From positions 1 through 27,400 of the IMG/VR virus record IMGVR_UViG_3300010376_000866: a DNA stretch of 27,400 nt; one strand, 5' to 3'. The stretch is from a virus. Lineage: Duplodnaviria > Caudoviricetes. Under the pieces are notes generated by a model, which made no database searches, was not told the DNA's origin, and worked only from the letters and a program-made list of their open reading frames with translations. Positions 1 to 6,557 of this stretch are shown piece by piece. Position 1 is the first letter of the stretch, and each line of letters begins with the position of its first letter. The position numbers and the translations under genes were made by a program.

Positions 1-578
1 CGCAGGAAGCCACTGCGGAGGTTCTCGGCGTTCATGAACCAGTTGAGTTCCTCCGCGTGAGCAGCCATCCAGTTCTCGAACTTGTCACGCTTGGTAGCCT
101 CGCGCTTGAGTTCGAGCTTCTCCTGCGCCACGCGGTACCTGGCGACCTCAGCCTCGAACAACTCCCGGTGGTCCAGCATGTACTGGCGCGTCCAGTGGTC
201 GCCGTGGTTGATGCCTCCGCAACCGCATGAGCAGAATCGCCCACGCGCCGCACGGCACTGGCTGTCACAGTCGAGCGTCGTGTCAACTGCGATCAGCTTC
301 TCTCCCAGGATTTCATGTTCCTGGTCTGGTCCGCCGATGAAGCAGAGGACACGGCTGTGCTTCGGGGCCAGGTGCGGGTACAGGCCCAGCTTGCTCTCGC
401 GTACTGGGACGTTGTGAACGTCGCATACCCCGAGATAGATCGTGGTCTGAGTGGCGTCCGTACTCGCATGGGCTGACCGTCGCACCTGCCTGTCGCCAAG
501 GTGCAGCGTCTCTGAGTCGGCCGTGTAGCTTGAACCATACATGCCTTTGGGTGTCATGGTCCGATAGGTGCTGCTCAT
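1..578 (-). CDS. Hypothetical protein with Cys/His metal-binding motif (partial, runs off window)
   Basis: Not in ORF track; hand-translated from ATG 578 after GGGAGAGGAGCCCAAG: MSSTYRTMTPKG...CDSQCRAARGRFCSCGCGGINHG...; open to window edge. Confidence 0.85.
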   Translation of the reverse strand, partial: MSSTYRTMTPKGMYGSSYTADSETLHLGDRQVRRSAHASTDATQTTIYLGVCDVHNVPVRESKLGLYPHLAPKHSRVLCFIGGPDQEHEILGEKLIAVDTTLDCDSQCRAARGRFCSCGCGGINHGDHWTRQYMLDHRELFEAEVARYRVAQEKLELKREATKRDKFENWMAAHAEELNWFMNAENLRSGFL

Positions 579-666
579 CTTGGGCTCCTCTCCCTAGGCG
601 TAAGCAGACCCCGCAACCTACCCTACCCGCGCGGGGCCGGGGCAGGGTAGGCTCCGGGCATGCTCA
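579..666 (-). promoter_or_regulatory. Intercistronic RNA module E1 (long hairpin plus SD hairpin)
   Basis: Minus strand AGCCTACCCTGCCC pairs with GGGTAGGGTAGGTT (2 G-U); flanks TGAGCATGCCCGG/GCGGGGTCTGCTTA. Confidence 0.75.
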
Positions 667-852
667 TCCGTAGTTGATCTTCTGATTGTAAGCGGACCAG
701 CCGTTGGGTCGGCCCTGGCCGGTACGCCTCTCGCGTTCCCGCCAATAGCGCTTGCTTTCTGCTGTGTTCCAGGCCTGGCAGAGCGGGCACCGACACTTCC
801 AGTATCGGTACCCGCTCCTGGTGCCGTGCCTGATATTAGCGGTTGGGGTCAT
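664..852 (-). CDS. Small HGT-x-CRC-x2-C zinc-binding phage protein
   Basis: RHGTRSGYRYWKCRCPLC motif; overlaps the stop of the upstream gene. Confidence 0.8.
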   Translation of the reverse strand: MTPTANIRHGTRSGYRYWKCRCPLCQAWNTAESKRYWRERERRTGQGRPNGWSAYNQKINYG

Positions 853-1267
853 TGTAGTACCCTGGCCTTATGGCCAGAATACCATGTATGACGCTCTCGA
901 TGGCCTCTGGGTCCAGCCATGTCTCGAACTTCATGACCACATCAGTGATCTCGTCTGATAGCACAGAGCGGAAGGCAGCGATGACGTGGCCTTTGATGCT
1001 GTGAAATCCGTGTCCGTTCGGGTTGTCATTATCAGCGCCGTACTTCTCCACCTGCTCCAGGACTTCCATGTACACTTCAGGAGGTACCATTGGTGCACCA
1101 GAATCAGTCTTGTAGGCAGCTTTCAGCGCTGCCAGGAAAGCAGACTTGGCCAGCCCGAGGGTCGTGGTATTGGCCCCGCCTGCATCTGCAATCGATGCCA
1201 GATAGAAGTCTCCAGCCTGCTGGGCTAGGTTCTCCTTGGGCGTAAGCCGCTTGTCGGTTAGATCCAT
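836..1267 (-). CDS. Hypothetical protein (143 aa)
   Basis: Start moved to ATG 1267 after GATGGGAAGGAGCCCATC. Confidence 0.8.
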   Translation of the reverse strand: MDLTDKRLTPKENLAQQAGDFYLASIADAGGANTTTLGLAKSAFLAALKAAYKTDSGAPMVPPEVYMEVLEQVEKYGADNDNPNGHGFHSIKGHVIAAFRSVLSDEITDVVMKFETWLDPEAIESVIHGILAIRPGYYNDPNR

Positions 1268-1362
1268 GATGGGCTCCTTCCCATCCCGTGCGCTAGCTTC
1301 TGTAACTAGCACCGGCAGCAGAGGCAGGGATTACCGGCCCTGCCCCGCTGTCTCGCGCTACT
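1268..1362 (-). promoter_or_regulatory. Intercistronic RNA module E2
   Basis: CGAGACAGC-GGGGCAGGG...CCCTGCCTCT-GCTGCCGG hairpin, alternative hairpin GTGCTAG/CTAGCGC, then SD hairpin. Confidence 0.75.
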
Positions 1363-1633
1363 CACATGTGCAGCATGGTTGCGGCACCGTTGGCTCTCCG
1401 TACAGGAGAGCGTCCGGCTCTGGGTCGATCATGGTTGGCTCGATACCTGGCAGGTGACAACCGCACTCACACGGCTCACCAGGCTCATCACGCGGGTCAG
1501 TGATGCACTCCCAGCAACCGCAGCCGGGCTTATGCTCATCATTAGGAGGCCAAAGGATTGAGCGGCATCCTGTTGGCCCCTGGTGCGGATAGGTGCCCAG
1601 GCAGTACGGGCACTGCTCAACCTGGTTAGCCAT
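1358..1633 (-). CDS. Cys-rich hypothetical protein (91 aa)
   Basis: MANQVEQCPYC...CGCWEC...CECGCH...CCTCE; start overlaps the upstream gene end. Confidence 0.7.
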   Translation of the reverse strand: MANQVEQCPYCLGTYPHQGPTGCRSILWPPNDEHKPGCGCWECITDPRDEPGEPCECGCHLPGIEPTMIDPEPDALLYGEPTVPQPCCTCE

Positions 1634-1808
1634 GAAGATCTGGGATGAGGAGGATGAACGGTGACCCATCATTGATCAGCGGATCGCTCTCATCGGTCAC
1701 CTCGATGACGGGCTTGGGACCTTTTGGAGTATCGACATACACCGGCAGGTGATCGCCGTACTCCTCTTCAATTGTCCCCTTGACCTGGGCGGCTGTTAGT
1801 GGTGGCAT
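1626..1808 (-). CDS. Hypothetical protein (60 aa)
   Basis: ATG after ATGGAAGGAGTCCATA. Confidence 0.8.
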   Translation of the reverse strand: MPPLTAAQVKGTIEEEYGDHLPVYVDTPKGPKPVIEVTDESDPLINDGSPFILLIPDLHG

Positions 1809-1890
1809 TATGGACTCCTTCCATCCGGACTCACTGTGAGCCGGCAGCTACCCTCCCGGCCCCTGTGTCGGGAGAGCGCTGTCTCGCTAG
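1809..1890 (-). promoter_or_regulatory. Intercistronic RNA module E3
   Basis: GCGAGACAGC-GCTCTCCCG...CGGGAGGGT-A-GCTGCCGGC; alternative hairpin CCGGCTCAC/GTGAGTCCGG; SD hairpin. Confidence 0.75.
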
Positions 1891-1893
1891 CAG

Positions 1894-2097
1894 CTAGTCT
1901 GCGCAAGCGAAGTGCTTGGGATTGGCGAAGTAGTTGAACGGACAATCTGAGTTGTAAGACGGCTCATAGGTGATTGTCCACTGGTACGAGACGTACCTGG
2001 TGTGATGGAAGTGCGCTGACACCATCATGCTGGTAACCATCACCGCGAAGCAGAGGATGAACCACATCAGCAGCTTGCCGAGCAGGTCCCTGTTCAT
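1894..2097 (-). CDS. Small membrane protein
   Basis: Hydrophobic N-terminus LLGKLLMWFILCFAVMVTSMMV; ATGA overlap with the upstream gene. Confidence 0.7.
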   Translation of the reverse strand: MNRDLLGKLLMWFILCFAVMVTSMMVSAHFHHTRYVSYQWTITYEPSYNSDCPFNYFANPKHFACAD

Positions 2098-2333
2098 AGC
2101 TTCTGATCGAACTCCTGTCCCAGAGTCTGAACGATCAATTCATTCATGCTGGCGTGAGCCGCCTTGGCCGTTCGGTCGGTCTTGCCGGTGATCTGGTTTG
2201 CCAGCTTGATCATGCTGGTACCACGGCTCAGTACCATCCCGGTACGCACCTGCGTCCGCAGGCCCATACGTATGGTAAGCCATCGAGCCGCCTCGATCTT
2301 CTCTGGCGTATCCAGAACGAATCCTTCTGACAT
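2094..2333 (-). CDS. Hypothetical protein (79 aa)
   Basis: ATG 2333 after ATGGGAAAGGAGCCCATA. Confidence 0.8.
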   Translation of the reverse strand: MSEGFVLDTPEKIEAARWLTIRMGLRTQVRTGMVLSRGTSMIKLANQITGKTDRTAKAAHASMNELIVQTLGQEFDQKL

Positions 2334-2421
2334 TATGGGCTCCTTTCCCATGGGCTGCTTCCTAAGCAGTCCCCGCTACCCTCCCCCGCCGGAATCCAGG
2401 GAAGGGCACCGGGCGTGCTCA
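2334..2421 (-). promoter_or_regulatory. Intercistronic RNA module E4
   Basis: TGAGCACGCCCGG-TGCCCTTCCC...GGGGGAGGGTA-GCGGGGACTGCTTA (flanks nearly identical to E1); alternative hairpin CTGCTT/AAGCAG. Confidence 0.75.
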
Positions 2422-2439
2422 GAACACGCGGTCTGGCTA

Positions 2440-2580
2440 CTAGACGAATGCGATAAAGTTGAACCCCTTCCATATGCCATAGTAGCACCAGAGGAGGATC
2501 ATGTTGACTAGGTTGCTGACCGTAACGGCCATCCGAACCATGAAGGTTATGGTACAACCTAGGCAACCGTGGCTGTTCAC
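2440..2580 (-). CDS. Small hydrophobic protein (46 aa)
   Basis: Below track cutoff; GTGA overlap; MNSHGCLGCTITFMVRMAVTVSNLVNMILLWCYYGIWKGFNFIAFV. Confidence 0.55.
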   Translation of the reverse strand: MNSHGCLGCTITFMVRMAVTVSNLVNMILLWCYYGIWKGFNFIAFV

Positions 2581-3587
2581 TCCACGCCCTTGCGACCGGA
2601 GTCACCGGCCGCTCTGTGGACGTGCAGGTTCAGCTCATTGGCCCGATCCACGCCACGCTGGTACGCGGTCATGTTCGTCTCGGGCCGCCGGTAGATACGA
2701 CCAGGAGGGTGCTGACGGCAGTGACCCGACGGGTTCGACTGGCATCGTGGGCAGGGTGGAGGTGGAGTCCAGGTTGACGTCCTGAACAAGTCCTCATTCT
2801 GCTCCCGGAAGAATGCCTCCAGGCTATCCGTCTGGCCATGCAGGACCAGCTCATACCCGACAGGCCGCTCACGCTCTGCCTCGCGCAGACGCTGCTCGAT
2901 GCGGTCGGTGTAACCGTCCGCAGCTGAGCTCCGGTAGGTGGCGGTACCCCCAGCAGCTATCCTGGGAGCATTCTCGCCAAGAGCAGCGGCCGCCCGGTAG
3001 CAGGCACGCTTGAAGCTAGAGCCGACACGGCCCTCAGTGGACTCCTCCAGAACCGTATAGCTCTGAGGGTCCCTGCGCTCCCAGATTGCCTTCTGCCCGG
3101 ACTTCTCACCATACCGGCGACTCCAGCCTGCTTCCTGCGCAATCTGAAGCCAGTTGTAACCGGCCTCATGCAGGTTGTAGCTGTTCGCGTCCACGGACAG
3201 GCTCGGGTCCCACTTGGGGGCCAGGACCTTGACCATGTGGAGCATGGTCTCTGTGTACAGCAACTCAAAGAAGCGCAGATCTGACTCAAAGCCATAGATC
3301 TTGCTCTTCGGGTAGCTGTGGCGGACCTTGCACCGGCAGTGCTTCGCCAGGTGATCGATCACCCAGGACACGAACATGACGTCTGGACGTTCGATCAGGA
3401 TGACCTCAGGCTTGCTCTTCTCAGCCTCGGGCCGGGACTCGTTGAGCAGAGCCTGGTCTATGGCGTACTTGAGCATCAGAGCATCAGCTGCACGCTGAGC
3501 CTGGGCCTCCTCCTCCGGGGTACACCCGTTCTCCACTGTCTTGGAGACCAGGCCTCGCACCTTCCGCAGGACATCCGACAGTTCCAT
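2577..3587 (-). CDS. DUF2786-domain protein
   Basis: N-terminal KVRGLVSK...TPEEEAQAQRAADALMLKYAID is the DUF2786 pattern; later IYGFESD and AYQRG..RA motifs; SAS-type SD. Confidence 0.8.
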   Translation of the reverse strand: MELSDVLRKVRGLVSKTVENGCTPEEEAQAQRAADALMLKYAIDQALLNESRPEAEKSKPEVILIERPDVMFVSWVIDHLAKHCRCKVRHSYPKSKIYGFESDLRFFELLYTETMLHMVKVLAPKWDPSLSVDANSYNLHEAGYNWLQIAQEAGWSRRYGEKSGQKAIWERRDPQSYTVLEESTEGRVGSSFKRACYRAAAALGENAPRIAAGGTATYRSSAADGYTDRIEQRLREAERERPVGYELVLHGQTDSLEAFFREQNEDLFRTSTWTPPPPCPRCQSNPSGHCRQHPPGRIYRRPETNMTAYQRGVDRANELNLHVHRAAGDSGRKGVE

Positions 3588-3700
3588 TGTGGGCTCCTTT
3601 CCCGCCTGGGACTGCTTGTAACCGGGGCAGATACCCCGGCCGCTACCCTACCCGCTCCCGCTCGCGCGGACGAGGGTAGGGCACGGTCTGAGGGACCTAC
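3588..3700 (-). promoter_or_regulatory. Intercistronic RNA module E5
   Basis: TGCCCTACCC...GGGTAGGGTA hairpin; alternative hairpin GGCCGGGG-TATCTG-CCCCGGTT; GGGAAAGGAGCCC. Confidence 0.75.
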
Positions 3701-3996
3701 TTAACGCACCCGTCGCGGCCGTGATGGTTCCTGGCCTCGGTCGAGCACTTCGGGCACGGCTGGAACCGTGTCTCATACCGTTCCGTCAGCCGGAAGCGGC
3801 GAATCCACTTGACCCTGTTGGCCCAGGTGAATGCCGGCTGCCCGACCATCTTGCGAGCGGTCTTCATGGTGTTATTGCGGACATCGTCCAGGACCAGGCC
3901 ACAGAAGGTCTGCTTGCCAAAGTCATGGATGGCGTGGCTGTAGGTAGCGTTGGGGGTTGCCACCCAACAGCCTGGCCAGATGTCAATCTGATCCAT
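3697..3996 (-). CDS. Putative zinc-binding protein (H..CG...CPKC, 99 aa)
   Basis: ATG 3996 after TGGGAAAGGAGTCCCA; SHAI..TFCG and PCPKC motifs. Confidence 0.75.
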   Translation of the reverse strand: MDQIDIWPGCWVATPNATYSHAIHDFGKQTFCGLVLDDVRNNTMKTARKMVGQPAFTWANRVKWIRRFRLTERYETRFQPCPKCSTEARNHHGRDGCVK

Positions 3997-4096
3997 TGGG
4001 ACTCCTTTCCCAGGGCTGAGATGCCCCGGCAACCTGCCTGCCCTCTTCCCAGGTTTCTACATCCCTGGAGGGGAAGGTAGGCTGCCGGCTGTCTCA
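3997..4096 (-). promoter_or_regulatory. Intercistronic RNA module E6
   Basis: CCGGCAGCCTACCT.../...AGGCAGGTTGCCGG long hairpin closed by TGAGA/TCTCA; alternative hairpin CCGGGGC/GCCCTGG. Confidence 0.75.
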
Positions 4097-4399
4097 GAAA
4101 CAGCCATCTCCGGTATTGGGCTTGCCGCCAATTTCCAGCAGCGTACCCTCCGGAATGACCAACTCGCCGAAGTGAATCAACTCGGCTAGCTGCATGAAGT
4201 CCTCACGCTCTTCAAGTACTTCATTGATCAGGAGTATGTCCTCGCCATCCTCCTGGGTGTCGCCGAAGATCCATCCTAGGCGTACACACCGGACGCTCAC
4301 GAATGAGGCTACCAGGTAGTTCGCCAAGTCTGGGTCCGGCTGGTAGATGATAACCGGCTCCGGATTATCGCCGACGATCCAACTGAGGTCAGTCGTCAT
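4094..4399 (-). CDS. Acidic hypothetical protein (~101 aa; start 4399 or 4420)
   Basis: C-terminal part of track ORF 4094..4540; start overlaps the end of the leader ORF at 4389-4439. Confidence 0.7.
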   Translation of the reverse strand: MTTDLSWIVGDNPEPVIIYQPDPDLANYLVASFVSVRCVRLGWIFGDTQEDGEDILLINEVLEEREDFMQLAELIHFGELVIPEGTLLEIGGKPNTGDGCF

Positions 4400-4439
4400 C
4401 GCAGAAATCCGATCGGTCATCTGTAAACTCACAACGCAT
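4389..4439 (-). CDS. 16-aa leader ORF MRCEFTDDRSDFCDDD
   Basis: The ATG directly after the SAS-type SD CTGGGAAGGAGCCTAGG opens this frame, not the long downstream frame. Confidence 0.45.
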   Translation of the reverse strand: MRCEFTDDRSDFCDDD

Positions 4440-4607
4440 CCTAGGCTCCTTCCCAGGGTCTTGCTTCCCGGCCCGAACGCCGGCAGCAGGAACCGGGGGT
4501 TGCCGCCCCGGCCGTCGCGACTCGGCACACCCCACAACAACGACTCTTCCCAGAGTCCCCTATGCGGCTATGCCCCCAGTCCCTACTGTCTAGATTCGGA
4601 TGGGTTT

Positions 4608-4736
4608 TCATCGATGTAGCCATACCATCAGGTGGTACAGGCGGAAGGTCGGGCCGGGTCCGATGACGTCGGCCGGTGAGCCGACGTACAAGGACACGTG
4701 CTGGACCAGGTACACCAGTACCAGGATCAGTATCAC
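4608..4736 (-). CDS. Small membrane protein (42 aa)
   Basis: GTGA overlap; MILILVLVYLVQHVSLYVGSPADVIGPGPTFRLYHLMVWLHR. Confidence 0.5.
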   Translation of the reverse strand: MILILVLVYLVQHVSLYVGSPADVIGPGPTFRLYHLMVWLHR

Positions 4737-4870
4737 TTGCCCACCACGATCGGGTGGATGTAGCGGTCCACGGTGAGGACAGCGCCGAAGCAGACACCCT
4801 TGACATCCTGGAGGATGACCACGGGGCCGTTGGTGCCGACGCCCAGCTCAGGGGACATGATCCTTGCCAT
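4733..4870 (-). CDS. Hypothetical protein (45 aa)
   Basis: MARIMSPELG... after AGGGAAAGGAGCCCAAA. Confidence 0.7.
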   Translation of the reverse strand: MARIMSPELGVGTNGPVVILQDVKGVCFGAVLTVDRYIHPIVVGK

Positions 4871-5062
4871 TTTGGGCTCCTTTCCCTTCTGGCTCTTTTC
4901 TTGGCTGGGGTACCCAGGCCAGCAGTGGTTGCGGGGACTTACGCATTTCGCCCACGGCAGCCCCTTGCGCTGCCTCGTAACTAATCGCCACTGCTGGGGT
5001 CTGAGTACCCCTCGCTGCCCTCCCCCTCGCGCGGGAGGGGAAGGGCACCGGGCTAGCACTCA
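4871..5062 (-). promoter_or_regulatory. Intercistronic RNA module E7 (extended, multibranch)
   Basis: TGAGTGCT..TGCCCTTCCCCT/AGGGGGAGGGCA..GGTACTCA hairpin overlaps a second structure GGGGTACTCAG..CCAGCAGTGG/CCACTGCTGG..CTGGGTACCCC. Confidence 0.75.
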
Positions 5063-5263
5063 GGCTACATGTAGAACCAGGTTGGGCCTAGCACACCGGG
5101 CGCAGAGGCAGCCGCCGCTCCCTCGCGCCATCTCGTACCGGAAGCGGCGATCCACCTCATGGGTGAGCTTGCTGGCCCGCTGGACGCTAATACCCAGCTC
5201 AGCAGCTAGCTCTCGCTCAATCCGGCTGCGGACAGATTCCGTGACTACACGGTTCGCGGACAT
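5060..5263 (-). CDS. Hypothetical protein (67 aa) with C-terminal CxCxxC
   Basis: ATG after TGGAAGGAGCCCAT. Confidence 0.75.
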   Translation of the reverse strand: MSANRVVTESVRSRIERELAAELGISVQRASKLTHEVDRRFRYEMARGSGGCLCARCARPNLVLHVA

Positions 5264-5296
5264 ATGGGCTCCTTCCAGGTCCGCTTGTTTCTTGCG

Positions 5297-5357
5297 CGCG
5301 CGGGGCCGGGGTCGAACCGGCCGCCCCTCCCGGAAGGGGAGGGGCCGCCTGCCGCGC
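5297..5357 (-). ncRNA. Minimal tRNA-like element (no true D-arm or anticodon)
   Basis: GCGCGG-CAGGCG-[GCCCCTCCC/GGGAGGGGC]-GGCCGG-TTCGACC-CCGGCC-CCGCGC: 6+6 bp acceptor/T helix with a TTCGA loop. Confidence 0.65.
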
Positions 5358-5364
5358 TATCTCC

Positions 5365-5814
5365 CTAGGCCGCGTTGACCCCGGAGATCTTTCCGGCCCA
5401 GTCGCTCCGGGCCGGAACAGGAATGGCACCTTCCGGCCAAACCCCACCGACCGGAAGGTAGTGGAGGATCTGGGCGGCCCATGCCAGCGCCGCGTCGCGG
5501 CCGGCAAGGTCGGTACCACGGACCTTGAGGGCGAATCCCTCAAAGGTCGAATCGGGCATGGCCTTGAGGGCGTCGCCCGCCGCTACGATCATCGCGCGAG
5601 CCAAGGAGTTCTTGGTCTCGTTGACGTTGACCTTTGGCTCCTTCGGAGCGGCCGGGACGCGGCCGGTTCCCTTGGCGCCGCTCGCCTTGATAACGGCGGC
5701 CATAGGGTCCGTAGCCGGAGCGGCCGGGGCCGGGGCGGGCGTACGGGTACCGGTGCCACGCCGGTTGCTTTTCGGGGCGGCCGGGGTAGCGGTTGAACGC
5801 GTGCGAGTAGCCAT
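5365..5814 (-). CDS. First gene of leftward operon; basic Ala/Pro/Thr-rich N-terminus (149 aa)
   Basis: ATG 5814 after TGGTAAGGAGACCAAA; codons avoid CAG/CTG over most of its length. Confidence 0.8.
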   Translation of the reverse strand: MATRTRSTATPAAPKSNRRGTGTRTPAPAPAAPATDPMAAVIKASGAKGTGRVPAAPKEPKVNVNETKNSLARAMIVAAGDALKAMPDSTFEGFALKVRGTDLAGRDAALAWAAQILHYLPVGGVWPEGAIPVPARSDWAGKISGVNAA

Positions 5815-5865
5815 TTTGGTCTCCTTACCAATAGCTACCAAAGGTCCCGGCGGTTACCGGGTCCG

Positions 5866-5986
5866 TGGACGTCCTAGGGGTCGAACCTAGTCCGAAAGGA
5901 GCGGAAAGGCCAAAACGCCCGGCCCGCCCCGGAACCGCTATTTGATCCGGGTAGGAGTCGGGACGCGCGCTTATTCCAAAACGTCC
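5866..5986 (-). ncRNA. tRNA-like element with enlarged interior
   Basis: 5' GGACGTT pairs with 3' GACGTCC(A); T-arm CTAGG-TTCGACC-CCTAG adjoins it directly (7+5 bp); ~90-nt interior with hairpins. Confidence 0.65.
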
Positions 5987-5989
5987 GAT

Positions 5990-6525
5990 TTGAGCTATTT
6001 ACCGAACCCCGCGACGGGTCCGCCCCCCGATACCTCCGGCGCGCCCGGAGCCGCCCGTAGGGGCCGCTTCCGGCTCGTACCCGTCGCTCCCTTCCCTCGC
6101 CCCGGGTCCGGAGATCCCGGCGGCCTAGGCCGCCCGGACGTCTCGCCCGTTTACGCCGATAAGGCCCCTTCGGGGCGGCCCCTCGTATCGCGTATTTTTG
6201 GCTAGGGAGATCGGCTCTAGATCGTAACCGGACCCCTACGGACCCCCTCCCCGCGACGGTCGCCCGGTAGCTCCTTCCCGACGCGGACCCGGCCGCCCTA
6301 GGACGGTCGGGGCCGGTTACGACGGCGAGAGGTTCGCCCCTCGCGTAGGGCCGGGAGATCGGTAACGGACGGCCCGGAAGAGGGGGCCGCGCGCTCCCCC
6401 GAGGGGGAGCGGTACCAAGATCGAGTTAGGTCGAATCGGGGCCGGCGGGGCGGCCCCGCTCGGAGCGGGACCCGGCCGGCGCTCCCTCCGGGCGGTCCGG
6501 AGGGGGACCCCTTCGGGGTCTACCC
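5990..6525. other. GC-rich, hairpin-dense non-coding leader
   Basis: No ATG on either strand; about 10 stems, e.g. GACCCC-GAA-GGGGTC, CGCTCCCC/GGGGAGCG, TCGTAACCGG/CCGGTTACGA, GGCGGCCTAGGCCGCC. Confidence 0.7.
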
Positions 6526-6528
6526 CCG

Positions 6529-6557
6529 ACCCTAATCACGGGTTTTGTACGGGCAAA
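6529..6557 (-). promoter_or_regulatory. Putative SigA/HrdB-type leftward promoter
   Basis: (T)TTGCCC-16/17 nt-TAGGGT directly upstream of the first hairpin of the leader. Confidence 0.5.

Noticed and set aside
579-4096. Spacer hairpins as intrinsic terminators
   Set aside because: No U-tracts, and each leads directly into an SD with no evident promoter; not fully excluded, since actinobacterial terminators can lack U-tails
4441-4611. ORF MKTHPNLD... coupled by an ATGA overlap
   Set aside because: It runs through hairpins (GGCCGGGG/CCCCGGTT, the same stem as in E5) and the SD motif; more likely a non-coding module, though unresolved
579-5062. Spacer hairpins as integron attC sites or a CRISPR array
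   Set aside because: No GTTRRRY cores, repeats are not identical, spacing follows genes, and the G-U pairs point to RNA structure
5297-5986. Canonical tRNA or tmRNA genes
   Set aside because: No D-arm/anticodon cloverleaf, no CCA, and far too short for tmRNA with no tag ORF
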